A stretch of 64,000 nt of DNA from Candidatus Calescibacterium sp. Its GTDB lineage: Bacteria > DRYD01. The notes beneath the pieces were generated by a model, which worked only from the letters and a program-made list of their open reading frames with translations, was not told where the DNA came from and searched no databases. Made by a program: the position numbers and the translations under genes. Location of the stretch: the NCBI GenBank assembly GCA_025057615.1, contig JANXBF010000001.1, positions 67,185 to 131,184 of the forward strand, in the 5' to 3' direction. Positions 11,969 to 22,600 of this stretch are shown one piece after another; the stretch's first letter is position 1, and each line of letters begins with the position of its first letter.

Positions 11969-12406
11969 TCATTTTTTACATCCATCTTGAAATCTCATTG
12001 GAAGATTTGAAATAAAATTCTCAATACATATTTTACCAATATCCAAATATTTACCATTAAATATAAAATAGTACATATCTTCAATATTTTGCTTATATTC
12101 AAAATAACTAGTATAAATTTCTTCTACATCCAAGGAAAAACTGTAATCAAATTTATTGCCACAGACATCACAAAACACTGGTAAAGAAGACCGAATAGAA
12201 ATTTTAATCAAAAAGCTATCCCCCACTTTTTTTATATTATACTGACAACATATTTTGAAATTCTCGTAGCTATATAATCCCACTATATCAGAAGGATCAA
12301 AATCAACATGAAAAGTTCCAAAAATAAAGTCCACCTTAGATGATATCAAATCTTGCAAATCAATAACAAATATTTCGCGCAAATTTTGATTATACTTTAC
12401 TATCAT
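11969..12406 (-). CDS. YceD/DUF177 family protein (COG1399)
   Basis: The protein is about 145 aa with a C-terminal CDVCGNKF metal-binding-like motif. It sits in the conserved position upstream of plsX. Confidence 0.55.
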   Translation of the reverse strand: MIVKYNQNLREIFVIDLQDLISSKVDFIFGTFHVDFDPSDIVGLYSYENFKICCQYNIKKVGDSFLIKISIRSSLPVFCDVCGNKFDYSFSLDVEEIYTSYFEYKQNIEDMYYFIFNGKYLDIGKICIENFISNLPMRFQDGCKK

Positions 12407-13170
12407 TTCTTAGCTATGTGGAGAGAAACTATCCCGAAAGTCATTAAGTGGTAATCAACCTCTTTGAATCCTATATTTATAAGAAAATGTTTGAATTTGT
12501 CAGCATCAAAAAAATCTAACATACTCTTTGCTAAGTATGTATAGGTATCAAAATCAAAAGAAACTATCTTAGCTATATTGGTAAAAACGTAAAGAGTAAA
12601 AAAATCCGATATTTTCCTAATTATTTTATTTGGAGGCCTGCTGGTTTCCAAACCCCAAAAGTATCCTCCGGTTTTAATAACCCTGTATATTTCATTGAAC
12701 CTCATTGCGAAAATATCATCATGCTTAACATCACCAGGATTCCTCAAATTCCTTATACCTAAAGAAATACTAACAAAATCTATGGTGTTGCTTTTGAAAG
12801 GTAAAAATCCAACATCAGCAAGTATCAGAACAACATTATCAACTTTATAAACCTTTTTTTTCTTTACCCAATTAATCATATCAAAACTAAAATCGAGACC
12901 TATAAAATAGCTTTTTTTTTCAAATGAAACTCCTTTGATTCTATTTACCACTTCTTCAAAGAACTCTCCCGTGCCTATACAAAAATCACAATATATAAAA
13001 CTGTCTTTATTTTCAAAATATTTTTCTTTCTGCAACAATTTAAACAAGATAATACCGGCTTTTTTTCTCCAATATATATCCAATCCAAAAGTCATTAAAT
13101 GGTTATTCAATTCATATAAAGCGTTTATTTTCTTATATCCATCCTTAAGATTATAATTCAAGTAATCCAT
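12403..13170 (-). CDS. class I SAM-dependent methyltransferase, UbiE/MenG-like
   Basis: YELNNHLMTFGLDIYWRK resembles UbiE (YDLMNDLMSFGIHRLWK). CDFCIGTGEF matches the SAM motif I, and ADVGFLPFKSNTIDFV, ISLGIRNL and VIKTGGYF are also present. Confidence 0.6.
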   Translation of the reverse strand: MDYLNYNLKDGYKKINALYELNNHLMTFGLDIYWRKKAGIILFKLLQKEKYFENKDSFIYCDFCIGTGEFFEEVVNRIKGVSFEKKSYFIGLDFSFDMINWVKKKKVYKVDNVVLILADVGFLPFKSNTIDFVSISLGIRNLRNPGDVKHDDIFAMRFNEIYRVIKTGGYFWGLETSRPPNKIIRKISDFFTLYVFTNIAKIVSFDFDTYTYLAKSMLDFFDADKFKHFLINIGFKEVDYHLMTFGIVSLHIAKK

Positions 13171-14231
13171 ACTTCCATACTTTTGATCTCTTTCTCTATT
13201 CTATTTATCATATCGTTTTTTATAAGTCTATAAGTAAACAAGATAGAATTTTTTATAGCTTTATAATTTGCTCTTCCGTGGGTTTTGATACATATTCCTT
13301 TCAAGCCCAACATAATAGCACCACCATATTCAGAATAATCAAAAAAATTTTTGAGCTTTCTGAAATTAGATCTGAGAATTAAACCCAAAGCCTTGTTTAT
13401 TATCCCTTTAGAAAACTCCCTTTTCATCATGTCCATCACATATTCGGATAAGGCTTCAAAAGATTTTAACATAATATTCCCACTGAAACCATCAGTTAAA
13501 ACAATATTTATTTTAGAGTTTACAACATCATATGGCTCTATAAAACCACTATAATTAAATAGCTTTGAATTTCTATCCATATAACTTTTAATCAACACGT
13601 GTGTTTCTTTAACCAAATTATTACCTTTTATTTCTTCATTACCTATATTGAGGATTCCAACAGTAGGAATTTTTGAAAGCACAACCTTGTAATATGTGGA
13701 TGCCATAATTGCAAACTGCAACATATATTCCGGCTTACATTCAGGATTAGCACCACTGTCCAGCAGAAAAACAGGTGGATTACCAAAGGGCAAAATTGTT
13801 AACAAAGCAGGTCTCTTGACATTCTCCATCCTACCAACGACAAGCACAGAGCCCTCCAAAAAAGCACCAGTATTTCCAGCGTAAACCACTCCATGAATAA
13901 CATTATCCTTCAATAAATCAAAAATAGTTTTTAATGTATTGTTCTTGTTTTTCAAGAAGCCAGATGGCCTATCCTTCATACTTATGTAACTTTCGCAAGG
14001 AATAAATTCTATTCTATCCCTCCATAAATTGTTTTTTATAAAATTCCTAATTTTGCTTTTTTTAGCAGAAAGAGAAAAAATTCTTTTTATTATTTCATTT
14101 ATATCAACATTTTTGTAATAAGTAGCAACAATATGAAGATCCTTAATTTCCATCAAAGCATAAAGTATTCCTTCTATAACCGCCAAGGGGGCATTATCAC
14201 CACCCATAATATCTATTCCTATTTTTGCCAT
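13158..14231 (-). CDS. plsX: phosphate:acyl-ACP acyltransferase PlsX
   Basis: The N-terminal MAKIGIDIMGGDNAPLAVIEG is characteristic of PlsX, and the length of 357 aa is as expected. Confidence 0.85.
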   Translation of the reverse strand: MAKIGIDIMGGDNAPLAVIEGILYALMEIKDLHIVATYYKNVDINEIIKRIFSLSAKKSKIRNFIKNNLWRDRIEFIPCESYISMKDRPSGFLKNKNNTLKTIFDLLKDNVIHGVVYAGNTGAFLEGSVLVVGRMENVKRPALLTILPFGNPPVFLLDSGANPECKPEYMLQFAIMASTYYKVVLSKIPTVGILNIGNEEIKGNNLVKETHVLIKSYMDRNSKLFNYSGFIEPYDVVNSKINIVLTDGFSGNIMLKSFEALSEYVMDMMKREFSKGIINKALGLILRSNFRKLKNFFDYSEYGGAIMLGLKGICIKTHGRANYKAIKNSILFTYRLIKNDMINRIEKEIKSMEVWIT

Positions 14232-14242
14232 GATTGATTCAC

Positions 14243-15421
14243 CTACCCAATAACACTCAGAAAATTATGAACGAAAGTAGAAGGATGAAAATTCTGGGAA
14301 CGATTAATAGCATTCTTCCTTATTCTTTCAGATAAATCTTTATCAGAAATAATTTCAAAAACCTTTTTAGCAAAATACCTACTATTTTCATAATCTACAA
14401 GCACTCCATCATTAAGATTATTAATAATAGAGTTAAAAGGAGGAACATCAAGAGTAAATACTATTCCCCCACTACTCATTGCTTCCAATATTACCAAACC
14501 AAGAGTTTCAGTCTTTGAAGTAAAAATCACTCCCTGAGAATATTTATATAGCCCAATAATATCATCTTGAGGCATATAACCCAGGAAAAGCGTTCTTCCA
14601 AAAGTACCATTGCACTTAGAATATGAAATAAGATTCTGTTTTTCTGGACCATCTCCAATCAGGTAAAGATAAAAATCATTATCAAAAGCTAATAATTCCT
14701 TAAAAACATCCAACAAAAAGTATAGATTTTTTTCCTTCCCAATTCTTCCAACATATACAAAATATTTCTCATTAGGAGGGTTAGTTAAATTTGAGCTTTT
14801 CCCATTAAAAAAAACTTGATTTATAGGAAGCGGATTAACAACAATCCTAACTTCAGAACCCATCTTTTTATTAACAACATTTTTAACATGTTCATTAGCT
14901 ACCATTATATAATCCATCTTTCTAAGTATCTGTTTCTCTAATATCTTAAGAAAGTTCCCAGAAATAAATTTAGGTAATGGCAAGTAATGTAAGTAATGTT
15001 CCCAAAATGTGTGATAATAATATATTTTTAAAATTTTTCCTTTAAACTCATCAGCTTGTAAAAGCTTCATTACATTATATCCAATAAAATAACTATTCAT
15101 AATATTATGAAAAAGAAAAACAACAACAGAATAATTTTTAACTCTACTTTTGATAACATTAAACAGTTTTTGATTATACGAAAAAAGCATAAACCTATCT
15201 TCTTTATTGAAAACAAAAGTTTTAGACGGAACTTTGATCAAGTCAATCCCATAAAAATCTTCAAATTTTACATCACTATTGCTTTCATAAGAAGGAGAAA
15301 CAATAATATTGTACACCTGATGTTCTTTCAAAGCATTAGAAATGGTATTTATTGCAATACTTACTCCATTAATTCTTGGGAAAAAACAATCAGAGAAATG
15401 TATTACTGCTACTTTCCCCAT
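14243..15421 (-). CDS. glycosyltransferase family 1 (GT4-like)
   Basis: The C-terminal E-x7-E region (TETLGLVILEAMSSGGIVF) and a GT-B fold organisation are present. Confidence 0.7.
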   Translation of the reverse strand: MGKVAVIHFSDCFFPRINGVSIAINTISNALKEHQVYNIIVSPSYESNSDVKFEDFYGIDLIKVPSKTFVFNKEDRFMLFSYNQKLFNVIKSRVKNYSVVVFLFHNIMNSYFIGYNVMKLLQADEFKGKILKIYYYHTFWEHYLHYLPLPKFISGNFLKILEKQILRKMDYIMVANEHVKNVVNKKMGSEVRIVVNPLPINQVFFNGKSSNLTNPPNEKYFVYVGRIGKEKNLYFLLDVFKELLAFDNDFYLYLIGDGPEKQNLISYSKCNGTFGRTLFLGYMPQDDIIGLYKYSQGVIFTSKTETLGLVILEAMSSGGIVFTLDVPPFNSIINNLNDGVLVDYENSRYFAKKVFEIISDKDLSERIRKNAINRSQNFHPSTFVHNFLSVIG

Positions 15422-16131
15422 CTTCTTTCTCTTCCTTGATAATCTATTATTGCATCAATCAGATCATCAATTTGAAAATCTGGCCACATTTTTTGAGAAA
15501 AATAAAGTTCAGTATAAGCCAACTGAAAAAGTATAAAATTACTTATTCTGTACTCCCCTCCAGTTCTTATAAGTAAATCGGGAGAACTTATCAAAAGAAA
15601 AGAATTTATTAAATCGTAATCAACTTGTTCTGATCCATAACCACTATGAATAATTTTTTTTATAGCCTGCAAAACATCATATTGACCTGAATAGTTTATC
15701 ATGACATTAACAGTCATTTTATCAAAAATTTCACTTTCTCGTTCTATCTTATTAAAAGCTTCTCTCAACTCGCTAGGAATACTTTCTTTATCTCCAATAA
15801 TTCTTACTCTTATACCCTCTTCAATAATTCTAAATATTTCTCTATTAGTATAAAATAGCATCAAATTTAGTAAAAAATTAACTTCTTCATTAGATCTGTT
15901 CCAATTTTCTTTAGAAAAAGCAAAAAATGATAATTCTTTTATGCCCAATTCTTTAGAAAAAAATACTATATCTTTAAAATTAACAAATCCTTTCTTGTGA
16001 CCTACAAAGCTGGGAAGATTATTTCTCTTAGACCATCTTCTATTACCGTCCATAATAAAAGCGATGTGATTAGGTAACCTCAATAAATCAATCCGCTTCA
16101 ATTTTTCGTTATATAAATCCAAATACATCAT
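15409..16131 (-). CDS. uppS: di-trans,poly-cis-undecaprenyl-diphosphate synthase
   Basis: HIAFIMDGNRRWSKRNNLP...GH and the C-terminal RTGGEYRISNFILFQLAYTELYF are UPP synthase signatures. Confidence 0.9.
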   Translation of the reverse strand: MMYLDLYNEKLKRIDLLRLPNHIAFIMDGNRRWSKRNNLPSFVGHKKGFVNFKDIVFFSKELGIKELSFFAFSKENWNRSNEEVNFLLNLMLFYTNREIFRIIEEGIRVRIIGDKESIPSELREAFNKIERESEIFDKMTVNVMINYSGQYDVLQAIKKIIHSGYGSEQVDYDLINSFLLISSPDLLIRTGGEYRISNFILFQLAYTELYFSQKMWPDFQIDDLIDAIIDYQGRERRWGK

Positions 16132-16676
16132 ATACGCATTAGAACTATTATATTAGTCCCATCTTGACTTGTTTCCATTTCAATAGAATCACTCAACTCA
16201 ATACATATATTAAATCCGAATCCCAAAGAATCCTCTAAACGCGAATAGTTAGACAAAGTAATATATGGTATTCTATCTATACTAATACCAGCACCAGAAT
16301 CCTTAAATAACATATATATATCGTTATGATCCAAATAAATTTCAAAATAACCGTTACAAGCATGTTTAATCATATTTGTGGATAACTCAGTAAAAACCAG
16401 TAAAATATTATAAAGTTTTTTTTGATCAATATTTGGAAATCTGTTTTTTATAATTTTTTCAACCTCATGTCTGACATTGTATATATCCTCCTCCATTCCC
16501 ACAAAGAAAGAAAAAAATGAATTTGATAAACTCTTTATATCACTTACCCTTTGCTCAAATTTTTCTCTATCATAAAGTTTAAACTTTCCCTTCGTAGCTT
16601 TTAATAATAAATCGTTTACTGTTTTTATATCCATACTACAAGCTATAATTTTGTTTAACATAATTAATATATTCAT
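16128..16676 (-). CDS. GHKL-type ATPase resembling RsbW/SpoIIAB anti-sigma-factor serine kinases
   Basis: The N-box ELSTNMIKHA, the G1 box DSGAGI, the G2-like GFGFNICIELSD and the C-terminal GTNIIVLMRI are present. The size (182 aa) fits the family. Confidence 0.6.
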   Translation of the reverse strand: MNILIMLNKIIACSMDIKTVNDLLLKATKGKFKLYDREKFEQRVSDIKSLSNSFFSFFVGMEEDIYNVRHEVEKIIKNRFPNIDQKKLYNILLVFTELSTNMIKHACNGYFEIYLDHNDIYMLFKDSGAGISIDRIPYITLSNYSRLEDSLGFGFNICIELSDSIEMETSQDGTNIIVLMRI

Positions 16677-17022
16677 TGAGAAAAATTTTCACTATACCAT
16701 CAGGGTAAGAAGCACTAAAAAAAACAACTGCAAATATATCATCTTCCTTGATTTCATAAAAAAACACCTTTAAATTGGAGTAAACAAAACTCAAACTTTT
16801 TAGTTTATCTATTTTAAAAGTTGGGTTATACTGAGCTAAAGTAGAATTAAAACTATTTAAGTCATTTTTAAAGGATTCATAATTTTCTATGTAATTAAGA
16901 GAATATTCAAGCAATGGTTGAAGAATATCATTGTCTTTACTATAATTCTCCAATATTTCTCCACCTGCCAACCTTGATATCACAAAGTAAGCTATTGTTC
17001 CTTCAAACTGACTAATATTCAT
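16636..17022 (-). CDS. small hypothetical protein (128 aa), possibly roadblock/LC7-like; not a STAS domain
   Basis: An AAAAGGGGAAG RBS lies upstream. The protein has no DSSG phospho-serine motif, and its size and alternating pattern are only weakly roadblock-like. It overlaps the downstream GHKL gene by 41 nt. Confidence 0.4.
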   Translation of the reverse strand: MNISQFEGTIAYFVISRLAGGEILENYSKDNDILQPLLEYSLNYIENYESFKNDLNSFNSTLAQYNPTFKIDKLKSLSFVYSNLKVFFYEIKEDDIFAVVFFSASYPDGIVKIFLNEYINYVKQNYSL

Positions 17023-17043
17023 CTTCCCCTTTTAGCAGGAAGG

Positions 17044-17092
17044 CATTTATATAGCGCCCCATAAAACACTCCTGCCCAGGCGCTTATAAAAT
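17044..17092. promoter_or_regulatory. GC-rich imperfect palindrome (CATTTATATAGCGCC-N20-GGCGCTTATAAAAT) at the junction between two minus-strand genes, next to the RBS of the 128-aa ORF
   Basis: The 15-bp arms are imperfect reverse complements and the local GC content is far above the approximately 28% background. The right arm overlaps the stop codon of the 855-aa gene. A possible CUUCC/GGAAG pairing could occlude the GGGGAAG RBS. Confidence 0.35.
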
Positions 17093-19651
17093 CTCCAACA
17101 AATATAAACTATTATACAAGTTAACTATTTCATTAAATGAAAATTCTTTAGTATGTACAACAAGAAAAACATTGTTAAATCTTAGAGCCAAATAAAATCC
17201 GCCTTCTTTACCTCCCCAACCCCAAACAATCGGTTCAATAACAGAATAAAGATTGTAATAATTATAAGTCTTATATATTACACTTGAATCAAAACTATTA
17301 TTCTCAGTAATATATTCAAACTCTTCATTTAAAATAACAAAATTTTTTATAACTTCACTAACCTTTAAATTATTCAAATTATCAGTAACTCTCTTAATTA
17401 TATCAATTTTCAATTCTTTGAGCTCAGCAGGATAAGAGTAAACCATATTACTATTAAAAGGAACTTCTAAAACAAATGAAGAAACAATAATGTTTGGCAC
17501 AGCATTGTAAAACAAGTTAAAAAATAACGTGTTCTTGTTAATACAAAAACTATATAATTCCCTATCACTGATATAATAATCCTTCATATCATATAGACGT
17601 CCCATAACAGGTTGATAATAATTAATCAAAATTATTTCATCTCTAGGAAAAATATTAAGTCCCTTTGGACTAATAATACAAATATGATATTTCAAATCTG
17701 GATCTTTGATTTGCATACTCTGTCTAAAATATTGAATATTCTTTTCAATAAAAGCCAACTTCTCTTTACTCATTCCAGCCAGCAAATGATAAAAGATACT
17801 AACCATATCCTTCAAAATCAAATCTTTACCAAGCTCTGATCTAAAATTAACTTTAACATCTTTTAGCAGGTCATCAATATTAATAGGCTTATATAAATCC
17901 TCTTTTTTATCTTCTTTTAATTGAGTTTCTTTATTAATTACTAAAAGTTCTTCCCAATTTTCTCTTGCTGGTGTCTTCTCTTCAACGGCCTGTTCTATAG
18001 AATAATTCATTGATAAATTTATTTCATCTAAGATATCCTCAACTGACTTTTTTTCTTCTTCGATTGTTAGATTTTCACTGATAATTGACTGCTCTTGGAT
18101 AGTTTTTTGAATATTAAGATCATCAATCAATTCACTTTTCTCTTTTTTTATAATATTTTCCAATACGTCTACTAACTCCTCTTGATCCTTATTTACAGTT
18201 ATCTCCTGAATTTGATAAGGTTCTTGAATTTCAACAATTTCAGAATATAACTGACTTTCAGTTTCCTGTTTTTCTTCAGAAAAAACTACCTGCCTTTCAT
18301 CCGAAATACTCTTAGTTTCCATTATAAATTTTTCTTCCTCTTTAACAATAGGATAAACAAGTTCCTCCTCCTCAGAATGAATAACTTCTAAGACAACTTC
18401 CTCTTCTCGAGAAACCTGCTTACTACTATACATCAATAAATTTGGATAATTAATACTAACAACAATATTTCCAAACTGTTTCATATTATATATATCCTCT
18501 ATTTTCTCCTTAATATTAACTAAAATTTTTCTAAAATTATCAGCTGAAAAATTCTCTTTATTCATATTTATAAGAGTTATTTTTTCTTTGAATTTATCAA
18601 CAAGAGAAAAGTTAATACTGTTGTTTTCATAGTTTATTATAAAGAAAAAAGAATGAGATAAATTAAGTATCTCAACATCTTTGTAATACGAAAGAGAAGA
18701 CAGAAGATTATTATAATCAGTAAAAACAGCAAGATACAAAGAATCCATATATCTTATAAGATAAACATCCTTATCATATTCATATACATTCATATTATTA
18801 GACGAAATAAAATAATCAAAAATAACATTTTTTAGCCATATATAATTCGTAAAGTATATATCAAAGAAAGGAGAAACAGTTAAATTTATTTCCCTGTTTT
18901 CTTCAGATAACTTTTTACCACAAACCGGACATCTAAAACTCTCCAATAATATTCCCACATTATCTAATTTATTCATCTGAAATATGGAAGCCCGTGTAGA
19001 GGAACATTTGAAAACTACAAAGATTTTTAAAAAATTATTCTTCTCCAGTAATTCCATATATTTCAAATCTTCCAAAGAAATATCAGAATAATTCCCCTTA
19101 AGAACAGAATAAGATACAGATATAACTCTCGAATCAATAAAATATTTATCAAAATCCAGTTTTTCTCTATCAATTTTATACTCTTTTACTATCCTTAATA
19201 AATCTATATTAATATCCTTCATAAAGAAATTTAATATATTCTTATCAGAAATTTTAAAGATATCTTTATAGTTAAAATAAACAGAATTTATACCATATTT
19301 TTTCATGACTTCATTAAAAATAGAATTTATCTTTTCATGATAATCAAAACCATCTTCCATAGAATAATAATGTAAAACAAATACGGTATTGCCATAATCG
19401 GAAAAAAATTCAACTAAAAACAACTCCTTTTTATCTTTTGAAATGTAAAAAGAAGGACTAAGAATACTTATAGGTTTATCATTAATAATATCTCCAATAT
19501 ATTGAAAACTTTCAAAAGAGTAGTAACTAAAATCCATCATTTTAAAAATATCACTTATTATATTTAGAATTTCATTTCGATCCATTAATTTTTGAATTAC
19601 ATAAAAATAGTTTTGCTTAGACTTATAAACTTTATTTAAGGTGGCTTCCAT
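17084..19651 (-). CDS. large hypothetical cytoplasmic protein (855 aa) with a CPVCGKK zinc-ribbon motif and a central approximately 170-aa acidic (E-rich) low-complexity region
   Basis: The ORF is continuous with no signal peptide. The N- and C-terminal globular parts flank a poly-E/IQE low-complexity core. Confidence 0.5.
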   Translation of the reverse strand: MEATLNKVYKSKQNYFYVIQKLMDRNEILNIISDIFKMMDFSYYSFESFQYIGDIINDKPISILSPSFYISKDKKELFLVEFFSDYGNTVFVLHYYSMEDGFDYHEKINSIFNEVMKKYGINSVYFNYKDIFKISDKNILNFFMKDINIDLLRIVKEYKIDREKLDFDKYFIDSRVISVSYSVLKGNYSDISLEDLKYMELLEKNNFLKIFVVFKCSSTRASIFQMNKLDNVGILLESFRCPVCGKKLSEENREINLTVSPFFDIYFTNYIWLKNVIFDYFISSNNMNVYEYDKDVYLIRYMDSLYLAVFTDYNNLLSSLSYYKDVEILNLSHSFFFIINYENNSINFSLVDKFKEKITLINMNKENFSADNFRKILVNIKEKIEDIYNMKQFGNIVVSINYPNLLMYSSKQVSREEEVVLEVIHSEEEELVYPIVKEEEKFIMETKSISDERQVVFSEEKQETESQLYSEIVEIQEPYQIQEITVNKDQEELVDVLENIIKKEKSELIDDLNIQKTIQEQSIISENLTIEEEKKSVEDILDEINLSMNYSIEQAVEEKTPARENWEELLVINKETQLKEDKKEDLYKPINIDDLLKDVKVNFRSELGKDLILKDMVSIFYHLLAGMSKEKLAFIEKNIQYFRQSMQIKDPDLKYHICIISPKGLNIFPRDEIILINYYQPVMGRLYDMKDYYISDRELYSFCINKNTLFFNLFYNAVPNIIVSSFVLEVPFNSNMVYSYPAELKELKIDIIKRVTDNLNNLKVSEVIKNFVILNEEFEYITENNSFDSSVIYKTYNYYNLYSVIEPIVWGWGGKEGGFYLALRFNNVFLVVHTKEFSFNEIVNLYNSLYLLEIL

Positions 19652-19655
19652 ATAT

Positions 19656-22600
19656 CTATCCTCCTATCAAAGATATAAGTTCACTCTTCACTTTTGGATC
19701 AAAAGAAGAACTTTTTTCTATTTCTTCTTTTATCATTTGCAATTTCAGAGTATCAGAAAGTCTTTTGAGTATTTCAATTAACTTCCTTATATTTTGCACA
19801 TTGGATGGATTATGTTCATAAGCCATTTCATAGTATTCCTTTGCTTCTATTACTTTACCCATTTTTTCATATACATTACCTATATTAGTGTATATTTCAT
19901 AAGCCAATGGCTTAATAGATATAGCTTCCTTAAAATAATTCAAAGCAGAAGTAAAATCTTCCTTTTTCAAAGAGATCAAACCTAAATGACTTATGGCCAC
20001 AAAATCGAGATTATTCAATTCATAGGCTCTTAAAAAATCCTTCTCCGCCAAATCAAGCTTATTAGCCTTATAATACAAAACTCCTCTTTGAGAGTAAAGC
20101 TCAGAACTATCAGGTATATTCTTTATACCCATGTTATATACATTCAAAACTTTAGGAATTTGATTAGTAGAAATATAAACAATAGATAAATACTTATAAA
20201 CTTTCTCATTTGTTTGAAAATTGTTTAACAAATCCAATAAGATCTCTTCTGCTTCCTTATATTTCTTTATAAGTATATATATATAGCAAAGATATAAAGA
20301 AATTTCCAAAAATTCCAATTTCCTAATGTTTTTATCCACTCTAATCTTATTATAAAAACTCTCCAAAATTTCTACAGATTTGAAATTCATCATATAAACA
20401 TTTGAAAGTATCTTATAATATAGATACTTATAATTATCGGGCTTCTTGCTAACCAAATAAGAAAACTCTTCATCAGCAAGCTTAAAAGATTTAGTAGCAA
20501 TATAATTTTTACCAAGAAGATATCTAATAGTTTCGTTGCTTTCATGATAAACATCAACCAATTGTTCTATAGCCAAATCATACATTTCCCTCAGATAATA
20601 TATACTACCAAGCAAAAACCTGGCAGCATAGAAATACTTATTATAGTTTAAAGATTCAAAAAGCAAACTAATAGCTTTATCAAGATTACCAACTAAAATA
20701 CTATACTTAGCAAATATGTAGCTATAGTAATAATTCATTTGAGTCCAATCTTTATTAATCTTGCTGACCAAATATTCCAAGTCCTCAAATAACCTTTTTC
20801 TAGTTTGATACCTCAGTTTTCTAAAAATATTTACCTTTTCCCACTCCTCTTCAATCATATATCTATCAACATTTAAAGTCATCATGTGGAAAAATAAACT
20901 AACGGGATTATAAAAATAATAATCAACAATATCATCCGGTAAAAAATAAATATACTCATTAATTTCTGCATCATCATTAACATATTTTTTTAAAGAATCA
21001 ACGAGTTTTATGAATTCCTGTATATTATCTTCTCCTATATTCTCGTAATCATATATATATACTTTCCATAAATCCTTCAATATTTGAGGAAGTTTATCCC
21101 ACACAATATCAACTTTCTCCTTTTCAACAAACCCAAACCTCATACCTAAAATAACATAAAAATGATACATAGAGCTAAACTCTAACTTAAGATTGCTAAT
21201 AGCCTTAGAAATATCAAAGTTATAAATATCAATTAATGTACTTGTCAACAAAGAATAATTATCTCTTAATTGATAATTTTGATGTATTATATTTACTTTT
21301 TCAAACTCACCCAATTTCAAAAGGCAAACAATATATATAAAAAGATATTCTGAATGATTGGCAAAGTTATCCAGGTCTTGAGCAAACTTCTCAACATAAT
21401 CTCTTAATTTTTCATAATCTTTTGTTATTAATAAAGACAGTAGAAAGATATATCTGACAACGTGATTTGAATAAATAATTAGATTCTCAAATTCCTTAAT
21501 CCTATTTATCTGTTTTCTTTCATATAAACTCCTAAAGATAAACTCTGTTATTTTCTGCTTTTGAGGAAAACTCACATCTTGAGAATTTACGAAATAGAGA
21601 GCCTTTTCTAACATCAAATCATACTCTTTGAAAATAAAAAGAAGTTCTATATAATTTTCAAATACTTCATCATAATCCAAAAGATTATTAAATAATTCCT
21701 TTTCTATTTTATTAAAAATATCTCTTGCTAAATCCACTTCCCCGGTTTTTAAAAGGGAATAAAAATAATAATAAGCAATTCTTAAATTAGTAGGATACAA
21801 ACTGTATAATTTTTTCAAACTATCCTTCGCAATAGTATAAAGCCCAACCTTAATATTACAATAAGAATAATAAAAAAGTAGTTCAGAATCCATTTCATCA
21901 ATATTCAAATTTGAAATAACATTCAAAAATTCAGAATACTTACCCAGATTAAAAAAAACAGATATCAATAAAGTATAGTCTTCTCTATCAAGAAATATCT
22001 GAGAAATGATGTTTTTAGAGTATTCATAGGCTTCTTGATAATTACCTTTTGAACAGTATATTCTTATCAGTCTTCTCGTAGCCTCCACAATTATGTCATT
22101 ATTTTTTTCTCCAGGATAAGATAAAATGCTCTTCAATGTTGATATGGACTTATCTATTTCTCCCCTTATATAATACATTTGAGACAGTTCCAATAATAAA
22201 CTCATCCTTTCAAAACTGGCAAATCTTTCAAGAATAGTGATTCCTTCATCATATTTCTTTGCAACAGTATAAAGCTTAGATATAAGAATATAAGCTTCAA
22301 ATAAATTAGGATCCATTTCGGTAGCCTTTACAGCAAAAACTAGTGATTCCCTATAATTTCTTAATTTATATAGTATTTTAGCAGCTTCAAGTAAATAGAT
22401 GGGTTTCTGTTCCAAAGTTATAGCCTTCTGAATACTCTTATAAGCTCTATTTAATTGCCCCAACTTAACATAAGCTTTGGCTAAATTAAAATAACTATAA
22501 GAATCATTGGAATCCAAGTAAATAGACTTAAGAAAATGCTTTATAGCTTCGGTAATATTACCAGCTTCCAAATAAGCAATTCCCAAATTGTTATGAGAAT

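Noticed and set aside
16636-17022. The 128-aa protein as the STAS anti-anti-sigma partner of the RsbW-like kinase
   Set aside because: There is no DSSG/phospho-serine motif and no recognisable STAS pattern, so it was called only as a possible roadblock-like hypothetical.
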